DNA of 34,037 bases, taken from assembly GCA_021789095.1 (NCBI GenBank), contig JAJYJX010000002.1, positions 1 to 34,037 of the forward strand. Reading direction: 5' to 3'. This document shows positions 1 to 8,366 of this stretch, piece after piece; position 1 is the first letter of the stretch, and each line of letters opens with the position of its first letter. The DNA is from a bacterium. GTDB lineage: Bacteria; JAMCPX01. Position numbers and translations under genes: made by a program. Below the pieces are notes generated by a model. The model did not search any database. It was not told the DNA's origin and was given only the letters and a program-made list of their open reading frames with translations.

Positions 1-377
1 AAATTTACCGGAAAGCAGGTGGATTAAATACGGATTACTTTATGTTTGGCGAAGATATGGAATGGTGCTACAGGATAAGACGGGCTGGTTACAAAATCCT
101 TTATACCTCCTCATCACAAGTTATGCATCACTTCAATAAGAGTGGTTCTTCTGGTTCTGCACGACGGTATGAGTTGATGTACAAAAATTATTATTCATTC
201 TGTGATACCTATCTTGGCAAAACCAGAACGGCTATTATAAGGCTGCTGAATATCATAGGTCTGCTGCTCAGATACATAAGCTATAAAGCAGGATTGATTA
301 AAACAGATGACCCGTTCCTGTCCTACTGGTTTTCAAATTTCAAGCAGGCTTTATTGGCGCAGTTTAAGCATTCATAG
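1..377 (+). CDS. glycosyltransferase family 2 protein, C-terminal fragment (5' end outside window)
   Basis: Frame 3 is open from the window edge and reads IYRKAGGLNTDYFMFGEDMEWCYRIRRAGYKILY. This is the F-x-x-ED-x-D/E-x-C-x-R block typical of the C-terminal half of GT2 enzymes. Stop TAG at 375-377. Confidence 0.7.
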   Translation, partial: IYRKAGGLNTDYFMFGEDMEWCYRIRRAGYKILYTSSSQVMHHFNKSGSSGSARRYELMYKNYYSFCDTYLGKTRTAIIRLLNIIGLLLRYISYKAGLIKTDDPFLSYWFSNFKQALLAQFKHS

Positions 378-414
378 ATATATTCCACCGCATTTTACTG
401 AATAGATAATATCA

Positions 415-1521
415 ATGTATTTGACATTGTACGCTTATTCTAATAGCCATTATTTCATTATGGAACTGCCACCAAAACTGGAAACTATCGAGCAGTGCCC
501 TCTCTGCGGTTCAAAAGAAAAGCGTTTTATCCTCACGAATACAGACAGAATGCATGGCATACCCGGTGAATTTGGGTTAAATCAATGTTTGAAATGCTCG
601 GTTTTCTATATCTCGCCAAGGCCAACACTCAAAGACTTATCAAGTTATTATCCCGATGATTATCCTTCCCATCAGGAACGACAGGCATTACACGGTGTAT
701 CAATCCTCGCGAGGAAATTGTTTGAGTATCTGAGAAATACGGTATTGTATGAAATTTATCATTATAAAAATTATGAAAATAAAAGCAGAATCCGCCCTTC
801 CATAATTGCGAAACCCATTGCTTACTGCCTGGCCCCCTTATGGGAACGTGCACGGTTTAATCTGCCGGAGATACTTCCCTATTCAGAAAATATCAGGGCA
901 CTGGATATAGGCTGCGGGCCTGGATATTATATGCTTGCATTGCAAAAACTCGGTTATAAAACTCAGGGAATAGAACTCTCGGAAAACGCCGCAAGAATCG
1001 GCAGGGAAAAATTCAAGCTTGATATAAGCACAGGAACACTGCTTGAGTACAGGTTTCCTGACAATTATTTTCACGTTATCATCATGAACCATGCGCTCGA
1101 ACATATACACAATCCGGTGGATGTGCTCAGAGAGATAAAACGCATACTGCATCCTGATGGGATAACTATTATAAGAATGCCTAATATGAACAGTCTGGGA
1201 TATAAAATATTCAAGAAAGATTGGGGACCTCTTGAAACACCCAGGCATTTGATTCTTTATTCAAAGCAATCCCTTCTTGCATTATCCGGAATTATAGGGT
1301 TGCGCTTAAAAAGCTTTTCAACAAAAGCATCGAAAGATTTTATCCTGTGGTCAAAGGAATACGAAATTACTTCTGCTAAAGGCATGAATACATACGGAAG
1401 GACGAGCAATGTAAGTTTGTTTCAAAAGTTTTGCGTTGCTATATTGACAGTTTATGAAAAGATACTCGTAGCTTCAGGCAAGGACAGCGGCGAAGAACTG
1501 GTAGCGGTATTAACAAAATAA
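415..1521 (+). CDS. class I SAM-dependent methyltransferase with N-terminal Cys4 zinc-ribbon-like motif
   Basis: 368-aa ORF. SAM-binding motif I is ALDIGCGPGYY, followed by IIMNHALEHI (Methyltransf_11/23-like). N-terminal CPLCGS...CLKC. The start is uncertain: ATG 415, or ATG 460 (MELPPKLE). Confidence 0.8.
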   Translation: MYLTLYAYSNSHYFIMELPPKLETIEQCPLCGSKEKRFILTNTDRMHGIPGEFGLNQCLKCSVFYISPRPTLKDLSSYYPDDYPSHQERQALHGVSILARKLFEYLRNTVLYEIYHYKNYENKSRIRPSIIAKPIAYCLAPLWERARFNLPEILPYSENIRALDIGCGPGYYMLALQKLGYKTQGIELSENAARIGREKFKLDISTGTLLEYRFPDNYFHVIIMNHALEHIHNPVDVLREIKRILHPDGITIIRMPNMNSLGYKIFKKDWGPLETPRHLILYSKQSLLALSGIIGLRLKSFSTKASKDFILWSKEYEITSAKGMNTYGRTSNVSLFQKFCVAILTVYEKILVASGKDSGEELVAVLTK

Positions 1522-1603
1522 CTTAAGATATTTCACCGATATGGAAGGATCATATTTTAAAAAATTGGCGCGATATTTATTGGAATAATGATAATAATTT
1601 GGA

Positions 1604-1969
1604 TTAAGTCTGAAAATTATTGTTCTGTAAAAAGCCAAATAGTTTATTTTTATCCGCTTCACTTATATCCTCAAATTTTATACCAAGAACAACATTAAAA
1701 TCGGTATGTTCTTCCACATTTGACCAGACAACCCTGCCTTTTACAATAACAGGGTCAATTTCCGCCGGAAGATTAAAAGAAAGATCAACAATCATGCCTT
1801 TGGCTATTAATGCGGGGGTTTCCACTCTTATGCCTTCCAAACTGATATCCCTTGTGAAATCAGAAAAGAAAACACCGCTTTTTTTACAATTCACTCTGAG
1901 TTTGGTTTTGACTCTCTTTTGTTTTCTTTGCTCTCTATAGAAACGCATAAGTTGCTCCCTATATTGCAC
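1604..1969 (-). CDS. PilZ domain-containing protein (c-di-GMP receptor)
   Basis: 121-aa ORF carrying both PilZ signature motifs at the expected spacing: RxxxR (RKQKR) and D-x-S-x-x-G (DISLEG). The rest is a beta-barrel-like sequence. Confidence 0.85.
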   Translation of the reverse strand: MQYREQLMRFYREQRKQKRVKTKLRVNCKKSGVFFSDFTRDISLEGIRVETPALIAKGMIVDLSFNLPAEIDPVIVKGRVVWSNVEEHTDFNVVLGIKFEDISEADKNKLFGFLQNNNFQT

Positions 1970-2092
1970 AGCAAAAAAACATTTGCAACAAGAAACGTGC
2001 CTGCAATAGTATGAAACGCCTGATTTAGATATGTCTTGCCTTACATTAAAACCTGAATTAGAAAAACATAGATCAATAGACGGAGGTGCTCA

Positions 2093-5089
2093 ATGAATTC
2101 TAAAAAACACGCATGGCAATTTGTTGCGGGGCTTACAATTCCGTTCATGATAATTTTATCACTGACTGCATGCTCAAAGAGCTCCAGTGGAAGCGCATCA
2201 ATCGGTCCAAACGATCCCTTTACAGGTCTTGGCGTAAATCAGACCATCCAGACGCCACAGGGTTCTCTTCAATACCCTGTTGAAATCATAAGGGACACCT
2301 ACGGCATTCCGCACATCTACGGAAGGACCATGACCGATGTTGCATTCGCGCAGGGCTATGCAGAGGCATCAGACAGGCTTTTTGAAATGGACATGTTCAG
2401 GCATATAGCTACAGGCACATTGACAGAGTACTTTGGGGCGGGACCCCGCAATTCGGTATTAACCGAAGACATACATTCAAAAATGATGGGCTTTTCAACC
2501 ATTGCCCAGATTGTATATGACCAGACCCCTGCTGACCTTCAAAACATACTTCAATCGTTCTGCAATGGAATAAATTTCTACCTGAGTCAGCTGTCACAGA
2601 AAGTACAGGCAGATCCAAAGGCAAAGGTCCTGCCTGCGGAGTATTCAACCGCGTTTATGGGGATAACCATTACTGACATAAAACCATTCACACCGCAGGA
2701 CATCATTGCATTCGGTAAGTTTGAATCTTACAGCCTTACCATGGAAAATGAAGGAACAAAGATCAATGCCACGGATTACTTCACCACAGCAGCCGCAACA
2801 TTCACATCCAGTTCATCCGACCCGGGACTGCGTCATTTTTCAGGCATTACGTACGATTTTGCGCGTTCAGAGCCTGCTGCAAAAGCGCCTGCTGTACCCC
2901 TGCCAAACCCGTTTTCTTATGCAACATCAACGACGTTCTCATTGTTGTCGTATAATACCTTTAACCCCATGGCTATCTCAGGTACACAGAACAACACCGC
3001 TTTACAGCCTTTGCAGATAAACCAGAAGTCCTTACAGGGTGCTGAAGCGTTTTATAAATCATTGCAAAGCGGTCCTTTTGGCTTTTTGCATAAAGGTCAC
3101 ACCTCAGGCAGGATCGGCAGCAACAACTGGACGATCCGTGCAAAACTCACAAAAGACGGCCATGCGATCCTTGCCAATGACACGCACCTGCCGCTTTACA
3201 ACCCTCCGATCTTCTATGAAGTCCATATCAATACAAAAGATATAGGAAACGGAAACATTAACACCATCGGCGTTGTATTCCCTATGGCACCCGGTGTAAT
3301 CATAGGACATAATGATTATATAGCATGGGGCGATACAGTGTTTCCTTCTGATGTTATTGACGTTTATCAGGAGACCGTTGTTCCGGGCAGTCCTGATTCG
3401 GTTATGTATAACGGCACTCCCTGCCGAATACAAACTGTGGCTGTACCCTTCACGTTCGGAGGCGCATTAAACGGAAACGTAGTAACAACCGATACCTATG
3501 ACATGTATTACGTTACAATTCCGGGCCACGGTACAATGCCCATAATACCCGGAAGTTACACTCCAGGTTCAACATCAGCCATAGCATTCACATGGACAGG
3601 CATGATACCATCGAATGAACTGCAGGCATTTTACGGCATTGATCAGGCACAAAACCTTGATGGTTTCATAGCAGCACAGGATCTTTTCAAGGTAGGTGCA
3701 CAGAACTTTGTTTATGCTGATATATACGGAAATATCTATTTAACAGACCAGAGTGCTATTCCACAAAGGGGCCCGGATGCATTCACTCATACAACAAACG
3801 CCCTGCCAAGCGGATTGCAATACAACGATTACGCGAATCCACCTTATCTTGTGCTGCCCGGCACAGATCCTAATGTTTACTGGATTGGTATGCTGCCGAC
3901 ATCCGCTTTGCCGTTCACGGAAAACCCTGCACAGAACTATATAGCAACGGCAAATCAGGACCCTGTTGGAGTAACGTACAACAACGAGCCGCTTGATAAT
4001 CCGTATTATCTCGGAGGGTTCTTTGATCCCGGTTTCAGGGCCCAGCAGATAGACAAGGATATAGAAGCAGGAGCGCCAAACATAGATCTTGCCTATGTCC
4101 AGAACAATATACAGGCTGATCATACGGATACGTATGCACTGCGGATACTGCCGTTTCTGCAAAAGGCATACGCTGATCTGCAAAGTTCTATCCTTGGCGG
4201 TTCACTCACTGCAACTGCGATGAATTATCTGAATGCATGGGCAACGAGCACCCATCCCTATGATACGCCTACAGGCCTGTCTCCCTCTGCAACACAGGAG
4301 GACATTAATAACAGCATTGCAACATCCATATTTGAGGCCTTCGTACAGAGGCTGTTTACCAATATCTTTTATGACAAGATACAGGCAATAGGACAGGACA
4401 GGGCGCTCGACGATGGTATCATCATCAATACATTGCTGACCGTGCTTGAGAACCCGACACAGACTGCAACATATTCACTTTCGGGAACACAGAGCACGCT
4501 CCTTGATGCGCTTGCGGGGACAGGACCCTATTCGTACACCGTAAGGAGCCTTGACGAGATCATGATAGACAGCCTTGCTGAAGGCATAAGCGATCTTACC
4601 GCACCACCCAACTCTCAGTACAGCACACCGACAAGCTTTGGAACATCCGACATGACACAATGGCAGTGGGGCAAGCTCCATACCCTGACCTTCTCCGATC
4701 TGCTGAACCTTGCGGCAAACGCTGATTTTTTCCCGCAATTTAATCTGCCAAACAACGGAACAGGCTATCCAAGGCCGGGTAGTATGTTTTCTGTAGATCC
4801 CGGGACATTCGGATTTGAGATGGGCAATGGCTCTGCGCCATTTTATACAAATTATACCTATGATTCCGGTCCTGCTATAAGGTTTTCTGTTGAGATGAAA
4901 CCAGGTGCAATAGTGGGATACAACGTCCTGCCCGGCGGGGAGTCAGGAATGGGGCCGGATCCTGCAAACCCGCCAAAGCATTACGGGGACCAGGTAAACC
5001 TTTGGATAAACAACCAGGTACACCCTCAGTGGTTCTATCCAAAGGACATCATAGCACATGCTGAATCAAGGACCATATTCCAGCCTTGA
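2093..5089 (+). CDS. penicillin acylase family protein (Ntn hydrolase), predicted lipoprotein
   Basis: 998-aa ORF. GGAGGTG Shine-Dalgarno sequence 5 nt upstream of the ATG. Signal peptide with lipobox LSLTAC|S. GSNNWT motif supplies the Ser343 N-terminal nucleophile, followed by ANDTHL. N-terminal IIRDxYGIPHIYG...AQGYAxAxDRLFxMD is typical of penicillin/AHL/cephalosporin acylases. Confidence 0.85.
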   Translation: MNSKKHAWQFVAGLTIPFMIILSLTACSKSSSGSASIGPNDPFTGLGVNQTIQTPQGSLQYPVEIIRDTYGIPHIYGRTMTDVAFAQGYAEASDRLFEMDMFRHIATGTLTEYFGAGPRNSVLTEDIHSKMMGFSTIAQIVYDQTPADLQNILQSFCNGINFYLSQLSQKVQADPKAKVLPAEYSTAFMGITITDIKPFTPQDIIAFGKFESYSLTMENEGTKINATDYFTTAAATFTSSSSDPGLRHFSGITYDFARSEPAAKAPAVPLPNPFSYATSTTFSLLSYNTFNPMAISGTQNNTALQPLQINQKSLQGAEAFYKSLQSGPFGFLHKGHTSGRIGSNNWTIRAKLTKDGHAILANDTHLPLYNPPIFYEVHINTKDIGNGNINTIGVVFPMAPGVIIGHNDYIAWGDTVFPSDVIDVYQETVVPGSPDSVMYNGTPCRIQTVAVPFTFGGALNGNVVTTDTYDMYYVTIPGHGTMPIIPGSYTPGSTSAIAFTWTGMIPSNELQAFYGIDQAQNLDGFIAAQDLFKVGAQNFVYADIYGNIYLTDQSAIPQRGPDAFTHTTNALPSGLQYNDYANPPYLVLPGTDPNVYWIGMLPTSALPFTENPAQNYIATANQDPVGVTYNNEPLDNPYYLGGFFDPGFRAQQIDKDIEAGAPNIDLAYVQNNIQADHTDTYALRILPFLQKAYADLQSSILGGSLTATAMNYLNAWATSTHPYDTPTGLSPSATQEDINNSIATSIFEAFVQRLFTNIFYDKIQAIGQDRALDDGIIINTLLTVLENPTQTATYSLSGTQSTLLDALAGTGPYSYTVRSLDEIMIDSLAEGISDLTAPPNSQYSTPTSFGTSDMTQWQWGKLHTLTFSDLLNLAANADFFPQFNLPNNGTGYPRPGSMFSVDPGTFGFEMGNGSAPFYTNYTYDSGPAIRFSVEMKPGAIVGYNVLPGGESGMGPDPANPPKHYGDQVNLWINNQVHPQWFYPKDIIAHAESRTIFQP

Positions 5090-5105
5090 CAAAAAAATGC
5101 ATTGT

Positions 5106-5137
5106 TAGTAGTGGCGGTTCATGAACCGCCACTACTA
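5106..5137 (+). terminator. perfect 32-nt palindrome 17 nt after the acylase stop; candidate terminator or stabiliser hairpin without a U-tract
   Basis: TAGTAGTGGCGGTTCA|TGAACCGCCACTACTA has 16-nt arms that are exact reverse complements. No T-run follows, so intrinsic-terminator function is uncertain. Confidence 0.4.
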
Positions 5138-5140
5138 CTG

Positions 5141-5164
5141 GATTCCCGCTTTCGCGGGAATGAC
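5141..5164 (-). repeat. hairpin repeat, GTCATT...AATC family, copy 1
   Basis: The minus strand reads GTCATTCCCGCGAAAGCGGGAATC, with an 8-bp stem ATTCCCGC/GCGGGAAT. It shares its end motifs with the copies at 6248-6283 and 6294-6334. Confidence 0.6.
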
Positions 5165-5274
5165 AGGAAGGGTTGATAATAACACCCCGAAGAGCCCATT
5201 TTTTAGATTAATCTCACGTATTACTTGAATATTTAATTTTAATATGCAATATAGTAAAATCAAAATATAAAACA

Positions 5275-5334
5275 CACCTGCGTATTGGCACAAGGGTGCC
5301 CATGAGGGTCTTGGCGCCGAGCAGACCGCAGGTG
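5275..5334 (+). promoter_or_regulatory. structured 5' leader upstream of rpsB (candidate ribosomal-protein leader)
   Basis: Closing stem CACCTGCG (5275-5282) pairs with CGCAGGTG (5327-5334). It encloses hairpin GGCAC-AAGG-GTGCC (5287-5300) and hairpin GGTCT...AGACC (5307-5327). The GGGAGG Shine-Dalgarno sequence (5347-5352) lies 12 nt further downstream. Confidence 0.35.
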
Positions 5335-5357
5335 GAAGAAAAACCAGGGAGGACAAA

Positions 5358-6164
5358 ATGTTTGACGTAACGATGAAAGACCTGCTCGAAGCAGGCGTGC
5401 ATTTCGGTCACCAGACAAACAGATGGGACCCGAAGATGAAGCCGTACATTTTCGAAGCAAGAAACAAGATCTACATAATCGATCTGCAGAAAACGCTCGA
5501 GTCGCTGAGAATAGCCTACGAAATTGTTGCCAAAACCGTTGCCCAGGGCGGCAACATAATCTTTGTAGGGACTAAAAAACAGGCACAGGAATCTATCAAA
5601 GAAGAGGCGGAAAGAGCGGGCATGTTCTATGTGAATGTGCGCTGGCTTGGCGGCATGCTCACGAACTTTAAAACAATAAGGAGCAACCTGCTCAGGCTTG
5701 AGTCTATCGAGAAGATGCAGACAGACGGTACATTTGAAAAGCTGACAAAGAAAGAACAGATCCAGCTTACCAAGGAAAAGGACAAACTGGCCAAATATCT
5801 CGGCGGGGTAAGGAACATGAAAAAACTGCCTGACATGCTTTTTGTGGTCGATACAAACCATGAAATTATAGCTGTCAGGGAGGCAAATAAACTCGATTTA
5901 CCCATTGTAGGCATTGTAGACACAAACTGCAATCCCGAGCTTATCCGGTACCCGATTCCTGCAAATGACGATGCAATAAGGGCGATAAAGCTCCTGACAT
6001 CAAAGATAGCGGATGCATGCCTTGAAGGTGCAAAACTGAGAAGCGAGCAGATGCCCCAGGTTGAAGAGGTTAAAGAAGCACAGCCACAGGAACAGCCGGC
6101 AGAGACGGTTGTTGAAGAAGCCGTTGATGACAAGCAGCTCGATGTGCCAGATGAATTTGAATAA
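5358..6164 (+). CDS. rpsB: 30S ribosomal protein S2
   Basis: 268-aa ORF: [27 protein letters not shown]...VDTNCNP is an unmistakable S2 sequence. GGGAGG Shine-Dalgarno sequence 5 nt upstream. Acidic C-terminal tail. Confidence 0.97.
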   Translation: MFDVTMKDLLEAGVHFGHQTNRWDPKMKPYIFEARNKIYIIDLQKTLESLRIAYEIVAKTVAQGGNIIFVGTKKQAQESIKEEAERAGMFYVNVRWLGGMLTNFKTIRSNLLRLESIEKMQTDGTFEKLTKKEQIQLTKEKDKLAKYLGGVRNMKKLPDMLFVVDTNHEIIAVREANKLDLPIVGIVDTNCNPELIRYPIPANDDAIRAIKLLTSKIADACLEGAKLRSEQMPQVEEVKEAQPQEQPAETVVEEAVDDKQLDVPDEFE

Positions 6165-6194
6165 CAGAATTTGAATAATCGAATGTGAATACAA
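6153..6194 (+). repeat. three tandem copies of a 14-nt unit spanning the rpsB stop codon
   Basis: GAATTTGAATAACA (6153-6166), GAATTTGAATAATC (6167-6180) and GAATGTGAATACAA (6181-6194). The rpsB TAA (6162-6164) lies in copy 1. Confidence 0.7.
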
Positions 6195-6247
6195 GAAATG
6201 AGAGGAAACAGGATTCAAACGGTTTGTATTGATAATCCTGCCTCGGT

Positions 6248-6283
6248 GTCATTCTGAGCGGCGCGCTGGCGCCAGGGAGAATC
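6248..6283 (+). repeat. hairpin repeat, GTCATT...AATC family, copy 2
   Basis: GTCATTCTGAGCGGCGCGCTGGCGCCAGGGAGAATC. Foot ATTCT/AGAAT plus inner stem GGCGC-GCTG-GCGCC. Confidence 0.55.
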
Positions 6284-6293
6284 TACAGTTTTA

Positions 6294-6334
6294 GATTACT
6301 TCGCTTTCGCCTTAAGCGCATCCTTGGTAATGAC
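6294..6334 (-). repeat. hairpin repeat, GTCATT...AATC family, copy 3 (inverted relative to copy 2)
   Basis: The minus strand reads GTCATTACCAAGGATGCGCTTAAGGCGAAAGCGAAGTAATC. Foot ATTAC/GTAAT plus inner stem CGCTT/AAGCG. Confidence 0.55.
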
Positions 6335-6371
6335 ATTTTATTATAAATAATAAGAAAAGGAGCAATACAAG

Positions 6372-6980
6372 ATGGCAGAAATAACAGCTGAAATGGTGAA
6401 AACACTGAGAGAAAAAACAGGCGCGGGTATCATGGAATGCAAAAGTGCCCTCAATGAAGCAAGCGGAGATTTTGACAAGGCTGTTGATATACTGAGGAAG
6501 AAAGGGATTGCCTCAGCGTCCAAAAAGATCGGCAGGACGGCTGTAGAAGGTGTTATCGAATCATACATCCATGCAGGCAGTAAAATAGGCGTGATGGTAG
6601 AAATAAACTGTGAAACAGATTTTGTTGCAAGAACACCGGATTTTAAAATATTTGCAAAAGACATCGCAATGCAGATTGCAGCGGCAAATCCCCTGTATAT
6701 AAACAGGGAATCAGTACCTTCTGATTTACTCCAGAAAGAAAAAGAGATCTATGCGGAACAATCAAAGGCATCGGGGAAACCGGCCGCTGTTATAGACAAG
6801 ATGGTGCAGGGAAAGCTTGAAAAATTCTATAAAGAGGTCTGCCTGCTGGAACAGAGTTACATAAGGGATCCGAACGTAATAATAGGCGATCTGCTTAAAT
6901 CTCTTATTGCGAAGATCGGGGAAAACATTGTCATAAGAAGGTTTACAAGGTATCAGGTCGGCGAAACGTCAAAATCATAA
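6372..6980 (+). CDS. tsf: translation elongation factor Ts (short form)
   Basis: 202-aa ORF: [24 protein letters not shown] (UBA-like N-terminus) and [19 protein letters not shown] Shine-Dalgarno sequence upstream. Conserved position after rpsB. Confidence 0.95.
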   Translation: MAEITAEMVKTLREKTGAGIMECKSALNEASGDFDKAVDILRKKGIASASKKIGRTAVEGVIESYIHAGSKIGVMVEINCETDFVARTPDFKIFAKDIAMQIAAANPLYINRESVPSDLLQKEKEIYAEQSKASGKPAAVIDKMVQGKLEKFYKEVCLLEQSYIRDPNVIIGDLLKSLIAKIGENIVIRRFTRYQVGETSKS

Positions 6981-6986
6981 AAACGA

Positions 6987-7709
6987 ATGGCAGATATTAA
7001 ATATAAAAGGATACTGCTGAAGCTCAGCGGCGAGATACTGGGCGGAGAGAAAGGCACAGGACTTTCATCATCCACGCTGAAGGACATTGCACAGCAGATA
7101 AAAGAGATAACGGAGCTTGGTGTTGAGGTGGCCATGGTCATAGGCGGGGGTAATATCGTAAGGGGCGACAGTCTTTCCCGTGATCTCGGTATTGACAGGG
7201 CAACCGCTGATTACATGGGTATGCTGTCTACAACGATTAACGCAATAGCACTTCAGGACGTACTCGAACACCACAATGTACACACCAGGGTACAGAACGC
7301 AATAGAGATGCATGAGATCGCAGAGCCGTACATAAGGAGGAGGGCTATACGGCACCTTGAGAAAGGCAGGGTCGTAATATTTGCAGGGGGCACGGGTAAT
7401 CCCTACTTCACAACGGATACAGCAGCTGCATTGAGGGCCATAGAGATAAAAGCAGACATCCTCATGAAGGCAACAAAGGTGGATGGCGTTTATGATGCGG
7501 ATCCCAATATTGTAAAATCCGCCATAAAATTTGACCAGTTGAAGTACATTGACGTGCTGAAGCGCGGCCTGAAGGTGATGGATTCGACTGCCGTTTCGTT
7601 AAGCATGGACAACGATTTTCCTATAATTGTTTTTGACATAAATATAAAGGATAATATAAAGAAAATAGTCCTTGGCGAAAAGGTCGGAACACTCATTACT
7701 GGAAGGTAA
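6987..7709 (+). CDS. pyrH: UMP kinase
   Basis: 240-aa ORF: [12 protein letters not shown]...[10 protein letters not shown]...[20 protein letters not shown]. Confidence 0.97.
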   Translation: MADIKYKRILLKLSGEILGGEKGTGLSSSTLKDIAQQIKEITELGVEVAMVIGGGNIVRGDSLSRDLGIDRATADYMGMLSTTINAIALQDVLEHHNVHTRVQNAIEMHEIAEPYIRRRAIRHLEKGRVVIFAGGTGNPYFTTDTAAALRAIEIKADILMKATKVDGVYDADPNIVKSAIKFDQLKYIDVLKRGLKVMDSTAVSLSMDNDFPIIVFDINIKDNIKKIVLGEKVGTLITGR

Positions 7710-7715
7710 AAACAG

Positions 7716-8273
7716 ATGAATGATACGATACTGCAAGCTACAAAAGAAAAGATGGAAAAGACCATTGCAGCATTCAGAAGCGAACTTTCAAAGCTAAGGA
7801 CGGGAAGGGCTTCCGTTTCAATACTTGATATTGTCAAAGTCGATTATTACGGGACACTCACACCGATCAACCAGATGGCTTCGGTATCAACGCCTGATCC
7901 AAAACAGATAATGATCCAGCCATGGGACCCTAAGGCAATAGGTGCCATTGAAAAGGCAATACTCGCATCGGATCTCGGGTTGACCCCCGTAAATGACGGA
8001 AAGATTATACGCATATCCATACCACCTTTAACAGAGGAAAGGCGTAAAGATCTTACCAGGCTTATAGGGAAAATGGCTGAAGAGGCAAGGGTGTCTATAA
8101 GGAATATAAGAAGGATATCAAACGACGACATAAAAAAACAGGAAAAGGCCAAACAGCTCAGCGAGGATGAGGCAAAAACACTGCAGAAAAAGGTACAGAC
8201 CGTTACAGATGATTATATAAAGAAAATAGATGAATTTACCGACAAGAAAAACAAGGAATTGATGGAGGTTTAA
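7716..8273 (+). CDS. frr: ribosome recycling factor
   Basis: 185-aa ORF: KMEKTIAAFRSELSKLRTGRAS...IPPLTEERRKDL. Confidence 0.97.
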   Translation: MNDTILQATKEKMEKTIAAFRSELSKLRTGRASVSILDIVKVDYYGTLTPINQMASVSTPDPKQIMIQPWDPKAIGAIEKAILASDLGLTPVNDGKIIRISIPPLTEERRKDLTRLIGKMAEEARVSIRNIRRISNDDIKKQEKAKQLSEDEAKTLQKKVQTVTDDYIKKIDEFTDKKNKELMEV

Positions 8274-8366
8274 ATATCAACTCCACCTCATTTAAAAGCA
8301 ATAGATCTTGCCTATCCGGAAGCTATAAATACAGCACGGTATCTGTATAATCACCCGGAAACCGGC

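Noticed and set aside
5286-5300. Sigma54-like element TGGCAC-N5-TGC in the rpsB leader.
   Set aside because: The GG-to-GC spacing is one nucleotide shorter than the strict -24/-12 spacing. The sequence is better explained as the GGCAC-AAGG-GTGCC hairpin, and a ribosomal protein gene is an implausible sigma54 target.
5135-5356. 73-aa minus-strand ORF ending ...LPVIPAKAGIQ.
   Set aside because: It lies in the rpsB upstream region, and its C-terminus is simply the translation of the GTCATTCCCGCGAAAGCGGGAATC hairpin repeat. It has no ribosome-binding site and no coding-like composition.
6153-6194. The tandem 14-mers as a miniature CRISPR-like array.
   Set aside because: The units are contiguous with no spacers, far shorter than CRISPR repeats, and overlap the end of rpsB. 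No cas genes are present. No CRISPR array exists anywhere in the window.
8271-8276. Programmed readthrough of the frr TAA to make an Frr-M20 fusion, since the two ORFs share a frame.
   Set aside because: Sharing a frame has a one-in-three chance. TAA-A is an efficient terminator context, and no stimulatory structure follows. Non-canonical initiation or a point mutation is the simpler explanation, so this is kept only as the least likely option in the finding.
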